DNA from: a virus
Taxonomy: Duplodnaviria; Caudoviricetes
Length of the DNA stretch: 37,710 nt
Virus record (IMG/VR): IMGVR_UViG_3300020045_006323
Coordinates: 1-37,710 of that record
Reading direction: 5' to 3' (one strand)
The notes beneath the pieces were generated by a model, which worked only from the letters and a program-made list of their open reading frames with translations, made no database searches and was not told where the DNA came from. Each line of letters begins with the position of its first letter. Position 1 is the first letter of the stretch. Position numbers and translations under genes: made by a program. This document shows positions 1-8,767 of this stretch, in pieces.

Positions 1-558
1 TTCTTGCGCAAGACGTTGCGGAGGTCTTTCCCGGCCTTGTCGAAGAGGCGCTGCACGATCTGGACGGCAATCTTTACGAACTGGACGGCGATGGCAAGCC
101 GCTTTGCGATGATTTGGGCAATCCTGTTTTGTCGAAGAAAACCAAGTCAAAGGTGCCAGCGAGATAGACCAACTGGTAATCGTGCCAGACCCGCCCGTAG
201 TCGTAACATTGACCACTAGCGCGCCGGTGGCCGAATTGTAGGACGTAACCTGCCCGGCCATATAGTTTGCTGGTGTCGCAGTGCTGGCGATCACCACGAA
301 CTGCCCAACCGCAAACGCCTTGTCTATTTGCACAGTCAGTGATTTGGAGCCGGTACCGATTGCGAGGCTGGTTGTGGATGTTGCTGAATAGTTCACCGCC
401 GAACCCGCCGTCACGATATCAACGAGCAGCGCGTTCATTTCAGGCACGAGCGTATCAGCCTGCCATGCCACGAAGTCATCGGCGCGCGTGATGAAGGTTG
501 CAGGCGGATCGCTACGACTTGGCGCGGTTGGGGCTGATGTTAGAGGCGTCAAGGTCAT
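1..558 (-). CDS. Tail fibre/tail-tip protein, N-terminal part; sequence turns implausible below about position 150
   Basis: Not in ORF track. ATG at 558 overlaps the upstream TGA (ATGA). Translates MTLTPLTSAPTAPSRSDPPATFITRADDFVAW...STTSLAIGTGSKSLTVQIDKAFAVGQFVVIAS...GALVVNVTTTGGSGTITSWSISLAP; frame stays open to the window edge. Confidence 0.75.
   Translation of the reverse strand, partial: MTLTPLTSAPTAPSRSDPPATFITRADDFVAWQADTLVPEMNALLVDIVTAGSAVNYSATSTTSLAIGTGSKSLTVQIDKAFAVGQFVVIASTATPANYMAGQVTSYNSATGALVVNVTTTGGSGTITSWSISLAPLTWFSSTKQDCPNHRKAACHRRPVRKDCRPDRAAPLRQGRERPPQRLAQE
3..167 (+). pseudogene. Inverted fragment resembling a peptidase S74 (intramolecular chaperone) tail-fibre C-terminal domain
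   Basis: Frame from position 3 reads LAQDVAEVFPGLVEE..., matching the S74 motif IAQEVxxVFPELV; it is opposite in orientation to all tail genes and lacks the usual terminal helix. Confidence 0.55.
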
Positions 559-1439
559 GTCAGGCCCTCAATTTCAAGTGAGCAAAGATGGTTGAGCGGG
601 TAAGCAATCTCGATGTTGAAATCGCGAAAGAACCCGTAAATTGCGGTCGAGAGGTATTCGTCCGCGCCGATGTAAAGCGTTGGCGTTGCGCGATACGTGG
701 ACAGGATGCGGAACACCTCATCCGACGATGATGCGTCCACCATAACCCTGAACGTGCCTTTTCTGGCGAAGGCGCGCGGCGTGATGGTATAATTGCCGAA
801 CTCGTCAGCATTCTTGACGCTGTAGTCAGTGATGCCCACGCCAGCGCCGTAGGATGTTGTGCCGATAATGCGCGACAGCCCGGTGATTAGCGCGCCAATA
901 CTGCAAGGATCACCGCTGGCGTCGGCAATAATCTGAATTTCAGGGCCGGATATCAGCGGAATGTCAGTGACGATCAGGTCCGTCTTGCGCAAAATCGGTT
1001 CGTAAAAGTACGAGTACCAGTTGTTTACACCGCTATCGGATGTCATCGAATAGGTCTGGTCAAAGACAGTTGTTGCGCCGTCGGTCACAATGACCTGCAC
1101 CGTCGCTGCGTCCACATTCAGCAGCGCCAAAGCGTCAATGCGCCCGGTCGGCTGAACGGTCACATCGATGCCGGTCGCGCCGGTCGTCTGCGTGCCCACC
1201 ACTTGGTCAAACATCGCCCAACGGTTCGTCGGCCCGATATCGGCCCACCACGCCGGATCATCCAGCGAATGCCCCGTGTTACCCGCCTGCACGCTCTCAT
1301 ACAGGCGGTGCGTTGTGTCGCTGCGCACCTGATTGCCGAGCGCGTAGGTCGTGCCAGCGTTATAGGCCGCGACCGTTTCGGTGATGTTTGACGAGATCAA
1401 AGCCGCGTCGTCAATCGTGGCAGGGCGAAGAATACGCAT
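555..1439 (-). CDS. Tail-tip/distal tail protein with a CBM-like YNAGTTYALG segment
   Basis: Start re-assigned to ATG 1439 (TAATG overlap with tape-measure stop). Directly follows the tape measure; beta-rich; DYSVKNADEFGN motif typical of siphovirus tail-tip proteins. Confidence 0.7.
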   Translation of the reverse strand: MRILRPATIDDAALISSNITETVAAYNAGTTYALGNQVRSDTTHRLYESVQAGNTGHSLDDPAWWADIGPTNRWAMFDQVVGTQTTGATGIDVTVQPTGRIDALALLNVDAATVQVIVTDGATTVFDQTYSMTSDSGVNNWYSYFYEPILRKTDLIVTDIPLISGPEIQIIADASGDPCSIGALITGLSRIIGTTSYGAGVGITDYSVKNADEFGNYTITPRAFARKGTFRVMVDASSSDEVFRILSTYRATPTLYIGADEYLSTAIYGFFRDFNIEIAYPLNHLCSLEIEGLT

Positions 1440-4258
1440 TACGCTGCCACCGTCTTGATGGGCCGGTCGTCGTCGGTCACGATTGCCAGCGAGCCACCGC
1501 GATCCCACCGTTGGTGCAGGCGCATCATGGTGTTGTTTGCGATCACAAGCGTTTCATTGGCTGCGCGGGTTTCGGCGCGTTGTGCAGAGACTTCGGCGCG
1601 CATGGCCTGCATTTCGTTCAGCAGCGAGGCATTAACCTGCCCGTTTGCCGCCGCAATCTGCTCTGGCGTGCCCGATGCACCCGCGATGCCAGTAACCGTG
1701 CCACCGTCTGCAACTGCAATCGCCGTGTTGAGATAGCCGCGCACTAAAGCTACATCGCGCTGATATTGCGCAGACGACGAGGCTTGATCCTTGGCGCTTT
1801 CGAGAAAGCTTTCAGCAGCGCCACGCAGGTTTGACAGCGCATCAGCATTGCCCGCCGCCGCCATTGCGCCGGTTGCCATGAGAGACGCGCGCGAACCGCG
1901 ATAGGACGCCACACCATCGCCGCTTGTCAATTCATCGCGGAACTTGCGCAGATCGTTAGCGAAACTACGGAACTTGGCTTGTGCAGCCTCTGCCGCCGAT
2001 GCTGCGTCTTGCTGCGCCGTGGCAAGGTCTTCGGCTGCATAAATCTGGTCCATGAGGCCACGGAGCGACGATTCCGTTTCGCTGCGTTCAATGGTCCGCT
2101 GCAAGGCCAATGCACCCGCTGCGTTACCCTGTGCCTCCATGAGCCGCACTTCAAGGTTCCGGCGTTCGTTCAGCTTGTCGAGTTGCTTTGCCGCGTCGTC
2201 GTCAATCGCCTCTTGCCGTTGCAGGGCAATCAGTTGTTCGAGTTGCGCATAGTCGGAAGCCGTAGCGCCTGCCTCGTCGAATACCGTTTTGAGTTTGGCG
2301 AAGCCCTTGTCGATCTGGCCGAGAGCATAACCGAGCGGGTCCACCTTTTGCTTCAAGCGGTCAAACACATCGTTGAACTGCAAAGCCTTGGTAAGCTGCG
2401 CGTCGATGTCTGAACCAGCCCTCAGCAGGCGTTGCGCGCCCTCGCTAATACCTGCGACAGCACCGTCCTGAATAGCGTTGAGTAGTGCGATCCGTGCAGC
2501 CTCTGCACCATCCTTGCCCTTGTAGAGCAAACCGCCGGGGTTTTTCGAGGTGACGTTAGCGCCCGCGCTGCCAGAAACGCGGAACTCGTCTTTGCGCGTG
2601 CCGATGGTGAAGCCGTAAGCCCCCGCCGATCCGCCAAGCGCCTCGATAATCTTGTTGATCGAAGACCCGATGCCGCCCGCCGTGGTATTCGCCGCGCCTC
2701 TGGCATCACCGTTGTTGCCACCCAACTGGATAGCGCCGTTCGACACGCTGGCAGAGCCGGTCTTTGCCTTGCTGAACAGCCCTCCGACAAGGCCACCCAG
2801 CACACCGCCGACGATAGAGCCGATTGGACCCATTGCAGAACCGAGCGCACCGCCGACAGATTTGCCGATAGCCTGACCTGCAACCTTACCGATGACGCCG
2901 CCGACTGCCGAGCCAAGGCCAGAGTTTTTGGATCCGTTGATCATCTGCCCCGCCGCCATGCCAACACCAGCGGATTGCAGCGTCTTGGCAAACGATCCTT
3001 GCCCACCGAATACCGCGTCCAGCTTCTCGCTCAGGATTTCACCAAACGACTTAATCCAGCGTCCATTGTCATCCATGCCGGTCGTGTAGGTATTGTTCAG
3101 CACCCCGCCCAATGACTTGCCAATGATGCCCAGCGGCCCATTGACGTTCTGCCAGTTGCCCGAACCGATCGCTTCAAAGATCGCACCGATATTGCCCAGC
3201 ACCGAACCAAAGCCGCCAAGCCCGTCGAGTAGGCGGATCGTGTCACGGAGTTCGTCGTTCCAATAGGCGGTTGCTTTGGCGTTGTCGTTTGCCGCCTGCA
3301 TCCATTCGGACGAGCCGCGCGATATTTCGTCCTGCATTTGGGTTAGGTTGGTGTTGAGGCTTGCGCTTAATGCCTTCTCGATCTGCGCCGCCGCCGATTG
3401 TGCATCTTTGGCGAGGCTTGCGTATGCTTCGGCCTGCGCATCAAGAACTGGCTTTTGCTCACGGATTGCCACAGTTGCGGCTCTGGTTGCCGCGCCGTGC
3501 CCAATGACAGCTTTTGTCAGAGTGACCGTAGTTGCCTGAGTTCGACTGGATGAAGCATTGATAGCGCCCTCAGCCTCTATGATCTGCAAGCGCGTCTGCC
3601 GCAAATCCTGCTCCCTGACAGACGTGTCCTTGCCCTCACCCCTGAGCCGAGTGATCTGATTTTCTATCTTGAGCCTTTTGTCTCGAAGAGCGTTCAACCC
3701 ACCTTCGGCGCTTGCTTCCTTGATGCGTTCCGCCTGCAATTCGCGCTGCTTGTCGATCAGGCTTTGCAAGGCCGTGCGGGCGGTATCTGCCGCCGTCACC
3801 GTGTCGAACAGCCGCGCGATAAATGGCGACAAAACAATCGCAGCCGTCGAGAGCGCGACACCCCAAGGCCCGCCGAGGAACGCCGCAAACTTGGACGTAC
3901 CACCGGCCATCAACTGCACTGCTTGGAGCGTCTGACCAAGCTGTGTGCCGAATATCTGTGCAGCGCCCGCGCCCGACGCATACATGGTGGCAACGTCATT
4001 CAACTGATAGCTGAGCTGCTGCATCCCGGCTTTTTGCGCGCCTGCCGATGCCGTGACCCGGTTCATCTGCGCTTCGGCCCCGATAAGGCCCATACGCAGC
4101 TTGCCAGCTTCGCTAGATGCCTTAACCCATTCGCCCTGAAAGCCCTTGGTTGCCTTTTCGACACGCCCGCCCGCAGCCGTCAACTTGTCGAGTTCGCTCA
4201 CGCCAGTTTTGACGGCGGTCGAATCAATTTTCAGGTCAAGGGATGCAATGTCGGTCAT
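1439..4258 (-). CDS. Tail tape measure protein (939 aa)
   Basis: N-terminus MTDIASLDLKIDS; QQLSYQLNDVAT..QIFGTQLGQ TMP motif; Ala/Gly-rich helical composition; follows the tail chaperone. Confidence 0.93.
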   Translation of the reverse strand: MTDIASLDLKIDSTAVKTGVSELDKLTAAGGRVEKATKGFQGEWVKASSEAGKLRMGLIGAEAQMNRVTASAGAQKAGMQQLSYQLNDVATMYASGAGAAQIFGTQLGQTLQAVQLMAGGTSKFAAFLGGPWGVALSTAAIVLSPFIARLFDTVTAADTARTALQSLIDKQRELQAERIKEASAEGGLNALRDKRLKIENQITRLRGEGKDTSVREQDLRQTRLQIIEAEGAINASSSRTQATTVTLTKAVIGHGAATRAATVAIREQKPVLDAQAEAYASLAKDAQSAAAQIEKALSASLNTNLTQMQDEISRGSSEWMQAANDNAKATAYWNDELRDTIRLLDGLGGFGSVLGNIGAIFEAIGSGNWQNVNGPLGIIGKSLGGVLNNTYTTGMDDNGRWIKSFGEILSEKLDAVFGGQGSFAKTLQSAGVGMAAGQMINGSKNSGLGSAVGGVIGKVAGQAIGKSVGGALGSAMGPIGSIVGGVLGGLVGGLFSKAKTGSASVSNGAIQLGGNNGDARGAANTTAGGIGSSINKIIEALGGSAGAYGFTIGTRKDEFRVSGSAGANVTSKNPGGLLYKGKDGAEAARIALLNAIQDGAVAGISEGAQRLLRAGSDIDAQLTKALQFNDVFDRLKQKVDPLGYALGQIDKGFAKLKTVFDEAGATASDYAQLEQLIALQRQEAIDDDAAKQLDKLNERRNLEVRLMEAQGNAAGALALQRTIERSETESSLRGLMDQIYAAEDLATAQQDAASAAEAAQAKFRSFANDLRKFRDELTSGDGVASYRGSRASLMATGAMAAAGNADALSNLRGAAESFLESAKDQASSSAQYQRDVALVRGYLNTAIAVADGGTVTGIAGASGTPEQIAAANGQVNASLLNEMQAMRAEVSAQRAETRAANETLVIANNTMMRLHQRWDRGGSLAIVTDDDRPIKTVAA

Positions 4259-4292
4259 GGACCATCCGGCGCGAGCTATGAGACGGGAGCCG

Positions 4293-4354
4293 CTGGCGCT
4301 GCCAGTTGCATGAGTCCCGGCGCTGCCGGATTTGCTTAACCCGCTGGATCAAGC
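4293..4354 (-). repeat. Three C-AGC-G loop hairpins in the tape-measure leader
   Basis: Minus strand GCTTGATCC-AGC-GGGTTAAGC (4354-4334), CCGGC-AGC-GCCGG (4329-4317), CTGGC-AGC-GCCAG (4305-4293). Confidence 0.7.
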
Positions 4355-4360
4355 CGTTGG

Positions 4361-4389
4361 AGAATCGCTTATTGTGGGGCGAAAGTCAA
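4361..4389 (-). promoter_or_regulatory. Sigma70-like promoter upstream of tape measure
   Basis: Minus strand TTGACT-N17-GATTCT; same architecture as the promoter at 10240-10268. Confidence 0.6.
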
Positions 4390-4402
4390 CCTTAGCGGAT
4401 GT

Positions 4403-4642
4403 TCACTGCCCTACCGATGCAATGAAGCATTTGAGGTTAACGCTAGATTCGATGTCTTTGGCTTTTCCGTGGAAGCCGAGGCCGCTCCAAGCATGAGCCA
4501 AACCTTCACCCGCCGCGCATATCTCCGAGGCCGTCTCTGCGCCGTTATAACGGTTCCACGCCTGCCACACCGGCAAGAACAGATAACCAACGACAAGCGC
4601 CACTACGAGGCAAAGAGCGGTGATCGATTGATTAATGGTCAT
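4403..4642 (-). CDS. Small membrane-anchored protein (moron position)
   Basis: MTINQSITALCLVVALVVGYLFLPVW... N-terminal hydrophobic helix; lies between chaperone and tape measure. Confidence 0.55.
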   Translation of the reverse strand: MTINQSITALCLVVALVVGYLFLPVWQAWNRYNGAETASEICAAGEGLAHAWSGLGFHGKAKDIESSVNLKCFIASVGQ

Positions 4643-4674
4643 GCCCGCACATATCCCGACCACACGCCCACCTG

Positions 4675-5046
4675 TCAACCTTTCGACTGCGCCGCGATAT
4701 GCGCCATGTATTCGCCGTCTGCCCGCCGTAGCGCATCGATCTGCCACGCCTCGAACCGAATACCGCGCACCCGTTGATAAGCGTCGATCTCGGTCCAAGG
4801 TATTCGTCCAGGCGATCCCGTGCCAACCGGGCGGGTCACATGCAGCGCGATGAAGTCCCGCCACAGAGCGTTGCAGCCGATGGGTAAAGGCGCGGCGTTG
4901 GCCAACTTGTCAGGAACGCGGCCTGTGCGCTGTTGCACCGAAAGCAGATGATCCCGCAACGGCACGCCCTCGACAATTTGGTTCAACTCAAACCAATCGC
5001 GGGCGTGCGCTGCAAAGCCTTCTAGGGTTTCGGCAAGAAGTTTCCC
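4675..5046 (-). CDS. Tail assembly chaperone C-terminal extension (gpT-like), reached by -1 frameshift
   Basis: IPWTEIDAYQRVRG..WQIDALRRADGEY motif; the -1 frame of the slippery site reads into this ORF (GKLLAETLEG). Confidence 0.8.
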   Translation of the reverse strand, partial: GKLLAETLEGFAAHARDWFELNQIVEGVPLRDHLLSVQQRTGRVPDKLANAAPLPIGCNALWRDFIALHVTRPVGTGSPGRIPWTEIDAYQRVRGIRFEAWQIDALRRADGEYMAHIAAQSKG

Positions 5047-5465
5047 AACTCGCCGGTCGCTTTGTTGACTTGGGCGCGCATCCACCGAAAACGCATCATC
5101 ACCTTGAAGGCGGTTTCAGGCGTGCATTCCAGCTTATCCGCGCCCCACTTAATGACGGGTTCGGACTTGCCATCAATAACGGTGCGCCAGCCACGGATGC
5201 AGAACGACACGGCGCGCGCGATGGCCGCTTCCTCGTCTTCTGCCGTCATGGGTTCGTTCGGCTTGTTCTTGCGCTGGTTCTCAAACGCCTTGCGCCGCGC
5301 CTTGTTATCCTCGTCGCGCACGTACTGTTGAAACGTCGTGCTTTCCGAGCCGATCACCGAAATGAACACGCCGATCCCGTCTTTGGTTTCGGGATGCTCA
5401 AGTTCGAACTCGAAGGGCGTCTCTGCCTTTTCGGCAAGGTCGAGGTCTGCAAAATCGAAAGACAT
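5022..5465 (-). CDS. Tail assembly chaperone (gpG-like)
   Basis: Lies between tail tube and tape measure; FELEHPET..GVFISVIGSES motif; ends GNF with slippery site. Confidence 0.85.
   Translation of the reverse strand: MSFDFADLDLAEKAETPFEFELEHPETKDGIGVFISVIGSESTTFQQYVRDEDNKARRKAFENQRKNKPNEPMTAEDEEAAIARAVSFCIRGWRTVIDGKSEPVIKWGADKLECTPETAFKVMMRFRWMRAQVNKATGELGNFLPKP
5040..5046 (-). other. Programmed -1 frameshift slippery heptamer G GGA AAC
   Basis: X XXY YYZ heptamer in frame near the end of the chaperone gene (TTG GGA AAC); lambda G/GT-type arrangement. Confidence 0.85.
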
Positions 5466-5472
5466 GGTATTC

Positions 5473-5524
5473 TCCGCAAGTTGCCTCGGTAGGATGGTGC
5501 TTGCGGAACCGACACCCTACCGAG
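5473..5524 (-). promoter_or_regulatory. Hairpin/pseudoknot over the chaperone RBS
   Basis: Inverted repeat 5485-5493/5516-5524; loop TCCGCAAG is complementary to CTTGCGGA overlapping the GGAG SD. Confidence 0.55.
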
Positions 5525-5540
5525 ACATGGTTTATTCAGG

Positions 5541-6755
5541 TCAGGCTTGACTATCCTGCACTGAAATAATCGTTTGGTGATTGGCCAGCGCCGCGCCGCC
5601 CGCGCCGTTTATCTGGGCCGTGAAAGAGAACGTGCGGATCAACTGCTTTTTGCCGTCGTCCACATCGTCGCTAAACACCTTGGCGCTGCTCATAACGAAC
5701 GACACAAAATCAGCATCGTTGTCGTCATTGTCCGTGACTACCGCGATGATTGACGTTGCCGTTTCAGCGTCGAAAATGTCCGAAAGCGTATCGTTCTCAT
5801 AAAGCACCGAGAACGTGCCAGTCACCTTCGTATCACCCTTTTGAATGTCGGTGATGGTGTTCGAGCCGATGGTTGCTTCGCCGTGGCTGGATTGCTGGTC
5901 AATCGACAGCGACAGCGATGTGACGGTGATAAGGTTGGTGCCGCCGATCAGGATCAAGCCATTTACCGCCGCAAGAATCTCGGTCGAGGTTTCGGCGGTT
6001 GGGCTGGTCAGGACTTGCGAACCGCCCTTAGTGCGCTGGCCAAGACCGAGAGCCGACAGCGCAACCGTCGCATTGCCGGTTGGTGGCAGTGAGAAGTCCG
6101 CCTTGGTGATCTGCACATCTGGCCAAGTGTGGCTCTTGGCGATGTCCGAGAACCATTCTTCGAACGTGTAATAGTCGTTCGTATGACCGCTGGTTGGTGC
6201 CCATGCCTTCTTGCCCATCACCGTCACGGTCGAGGTTGCAATCGGCCCCTGTGCGGACAGCGTAGCACCGTTCAAGGTAACGACGGTCAACACGGTTGCA
6301 GTCACGCCGGTAACGAGCAAATTGATGTCGCGCGCGGTGCCGGTGTAAGTGCCCGCCGTGATGCGAACAACGTCACCAATCTTGATGCCACCCGTCAAGA
6401 AGTCGCCAGTGGAACGGGTCAAGGTGTAAGGCCCTGCGCCTGCGATGGTGAGTGACAGGCCGGTGATGGCAGACGTTGCGGCAAAGTCCTTGCGTAGCAG
6501 CGAACCGATAAGTGCCGAATAAGTGAGCGGCGAGAGGTTGCCGTTTACCGTGGCCTGCGACTTTGCAATGCCGTGCTTATCGCCGACGTGCATTTGATGC
6601 GAGACGATCTCGTTTGAAGTATAGGTGTCCTTCATTTTCTGGAAGGATGCGGTTTCACGGCGCAGCAACTGCCCGCCCGAACCCGTTGCAGCCGTGCCCT
6701 TGCCCGACTGTTTCTTGTATGCAAGCTGCTTGCTAATCCCTTGGGCGACAGGCAT
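5541..6755 (-). CDS. Major tail tube protein
   Basis: 404 aa, Thr/Gly-rich; YTSNEI..HQM, YTFEEWFSD and KVTGTFSVLYEND motifs; follows tail terminator. Confidence 0.85.
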   Translation of the reverse strand: MPVAQGISKQLAYKKQSGKGTAATGSGGQLLRRETASFQKMKDTYTSNEIVSHQMHVGDKHGIAKSQATVNGNLSPLTYSALIGSLLRKDFAATSAITGLSLTIAGAGPYTLTRSTGDFLTGGIKIGDVVRITAGTYTGTARDINLLVTGVTATVLTVVTLNGATLSAQGPIATSTVTVMGKKAWAPTSGHTNDYYTFEEWFSDIAKSHTWPDVQITKADFSLPPTGNATVALSALGLGQRTKGGSQVLTSPTAETSTEILAAVNGLILIGGTNLITVTSLSLSIDQQSSHGEATIGSNTITDIQKGDTKVTGTFSVLYENDTLSDIFDAETATSIIAVVTDNDDNDADFVSFVMSSAKVFSDDVDDGKKQLIRTFSFTAQINGAGGAALANHQTIISVQDSQA

Positions 6756-6757
6756 GT

Positions 6758-7168
6758 TTAGCTCCTCTGAACGTGCGAATAGAAACGGATGCGGACAGGC
6801 AAAACGTACCTGTCGATTTCGATCTGTGCCGGTGCGATCTCAGGCGTTCCGTCAACCACCACCGTAAAGCCGCCACTTGTGAAGGTGCGGCCCGAATAGA
6901 AGGTCGCGCGGATCAATTCGGCGCGGGTCGCAGCCGCAGCCGGTCCAGCGCCAAGAGGGTAGGCCAGCGAGACTTGCAGGAAGCCTTGTTCGCGGTGAAT
7001 GCGTTGCGCCATTTCCAGCATGGCAGGCGTTGCGGTCAGCAGATAAACGCGCGCGTAAGGTGTGCCCTCGACAGGCGTAAAGGGCGCGTTTTCCCATGCC
7101 AGCGCGATAGCAGGCGACATTGCCGAGAGTGCGCTTTCCAACGCCGCACGGATTGCGATAAGGCTCAT
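6758..7168 (-). CDS. Tail terminator protein (DUF4128-like)
   Basis: AWENAPFTP..PYARVYL..GFLQVSLAYP.GAG motif and synteny. Confidence 0.8.
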   Translation of the reverse strand: MSLIAIRAALESALSAMSPAIALAWENAPFTPVEGTPYARVYLLTATPAMLEMAQRIHREQGFLQVSLAYPLGAGPAAAATRAELIRATFYSGRTFTSGGFTVVVDGTPEIAPAQIEIDRYVLPVRIRFYSHVQRS

Positions 7169-7605
7169 GGCATAGCCGCCAACGATTCAGCGACGATCTG
7201 TTGCCAGCGCGTCACGGTCAAACCGACGATGCCAGCGGGTGCTTGCCTGCTCCAACCGTATTCAAGGCGCTGCGCATACGGCGCGTTATTTGCCAAAAAG
7301 TAGACCTTACCCGCCGCCTCTGTGGGGATTTCCGCCATGATCCGGCCTTGCGCCTGTGCGCCCGATGGGTCCGCACCGGGGATTTCATTGTTAGGCCGGA
7401 CGCCAACGCCAAGTTGCCAGTTCGCGCGGAAATGCCCGCCGATATAGCCCTTTGGTGGCTTCGACTTCCAATAGACAGCATCACCAACCGGCGAAGCTTT
7501 GTCTATGTCCGAGGCGATACGGATCACCACATTAGCAACCAGATCATCGGCGCGTGCCTTAGCCTTATCGGCAAAGCGTTGCAGGTCGAGTGCGAACGAA
7601 GCCAT
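7165..7605 (-). CDS. Neck/tail-completion protein (HK97 gp10-like)
   Basis: SPVG..GHFRANWQ and NNAPYAQRLEYGWSRQAPAG motifs; ATG at 7605. Confidence 0.85.
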   Translation of the reverse strand: MASFALDLQRFADKAKARADDLVANVVIRIASDIDKASPVGDAVYWKSKPPKGYIGGHFRANWQLGVGVRPNNEIPGADPSGAQAQGRIMAEIPTEAAGKVYFLANNAPYAQRLEYGWSRQAPAGIVGLTVTRWQQIVAESLAAMP

Positions 7606-7988
7606 TATGCCCGCCCCCGTACTACGCAATCAAACAGGATAGGCAGGCCAGCGGGTCGCAGCGTATCAACCACCGTTACCGTATAGACCTTGCCGCCCGC
7701 GTCGATGTTGTCGTTTACGCCCGGCTCAACCAGCGCCACGCCGTCGCTATCGAGGCCGGAAAGAAGGAGCATCTCGTCACCAGCCACAATCGAAGTGCCG
7801 TTGACCTTGCGATAACCCCCCAGCGGAAGGATCACCCCCTTTCCGGTGTGCGTGGTTTCGGTGATGGCCGATGCGCCGGTTGCGGGATTGTAAGCCCCGC
7901 TCGCGCGCCGTGTGAGTGTGACGGTCTGCCCTTTGGCGGCAATGATGCCATCAGCGGATAGGCGTTGCGCTACGGTCAAGTGCGGCAC
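7605..7988 (-). CDS. Head closure/stopper protein
   Basis: GQTVTLTRR..GAYNPATG, VNGTSIVAGD motifs; synteny. Confidence 0.75.
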   Translation of the reverse strand: MPHLTVAQRLSADGIIAAKGQTVTLTRRASGAYNPATGASAITETTHTGKGVILPLGGYRKVNGTSIVAGDEMLLLSGLDSDGVALVEPGVNDNIDAGGKVYTVTVVDTLRPAGLPILFDCVVRGRA

Positions 7989-8470
7989 AGGGTAGTCATA
8001 ACCCCGCCCCCCTTGAGATAGGCCGAAAGCGCCATGTCAGCAGCACGGTAACGCGGCGATTGTGGCGAGTGCGCGCTATATTCGGTTTCCAGCGGCCCTA
8101 CCTTCTCACGGATCACGGCGCGCTCAAGGTCAGGGTTCAACTCACCAGCCAATGCGCGCAGTGCAAGGTCAATGCAGGCGCTCACAACATCGGCGGGGAT
8201 TTCGGTTGAAGGAATATCCCACCCATCAACGCAAGCGCCGTAGCGCGGCCATGACAGGGCTTGCGCGCGGGTTAGGCGCGTGCCCTTCCAGCGCGTGCGA
8301 TATGCTTGCTCCATGTATTCCGTGGCGCGGCGAAGGGCGGCTTCCTTGGTGGCTTCCGTGCCTGTCCATGCAGTGTTGCCAAGAGCGGTGTGGCGCGCGT
8401 CTGTATCAGCTACGGAGGCGTAGCTTTCTGCGTTCACAAGGCCGCTACCTGACTCGACAACGAGGGTCAT
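7976..8470 (-). CDS. Head-tail adaptor (DnaT-like ssDNA-binding family)
   Basis: MTLVVESGSG..NAESYASVAD, QALSWPR, REKVGPLETEY motifs. Confidence 0.85.
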   Translation of the reverse strand: MTLVVESGSGLVNAESYASVADTDARHTALGNTAWTGTEATKEAALRRATEYMEQAYRTRWKGTRLTRAQALSWPRYGACVDGWDIPSTEIPADVVSACIDLALRALAGELNPDLERAVIREKVGPLETEYSAHSPQSPRYRAADMALSAYLKGGGVMTTLCRT

Positions 8471-8767
8471 TTATGCCCCCGGAATGATGTAGAGCGTGCC
8501 AGTGCCTGACGCCGTGATGGCCGCAAGCTTTTCGCCCTCAAGGAAGCCAGTAACCGGAATCAACTGGTTGGCCGGAATAGGCAGGCCAGCGGCAACGGTC
8601 GCAGTTGGTGCAGCGCCATGCACAAGGAAGCATTCGACGGTTGAATAGATCAGCGCCCGCGTGTCGCCAATGGGGTTTGTGCAAGCCGCGCTCGACGTGC
8701 TGAGAGAGACGCTTTGCTGTCCATCAACAACAGCGGCGGGCACGCGGGCGTAAGGTGCTGTCGTCAT
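8471..8767 (-). CDS. Hypothetical virion protein (beta-rich)
   Basis: 98 aa coupled ORF in head module ending GTGTLYIIPG. Confidence 0.65.
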   Translation of the reverse strand: MTTAPYARVPAAVVDGQQSVSLSTSSAACTNPIGDTRALIYSTVECFLVHGAAPTATVAAGLPIPANQLIPVTGFLEGEKLAAITASGTGTLYIIPGA

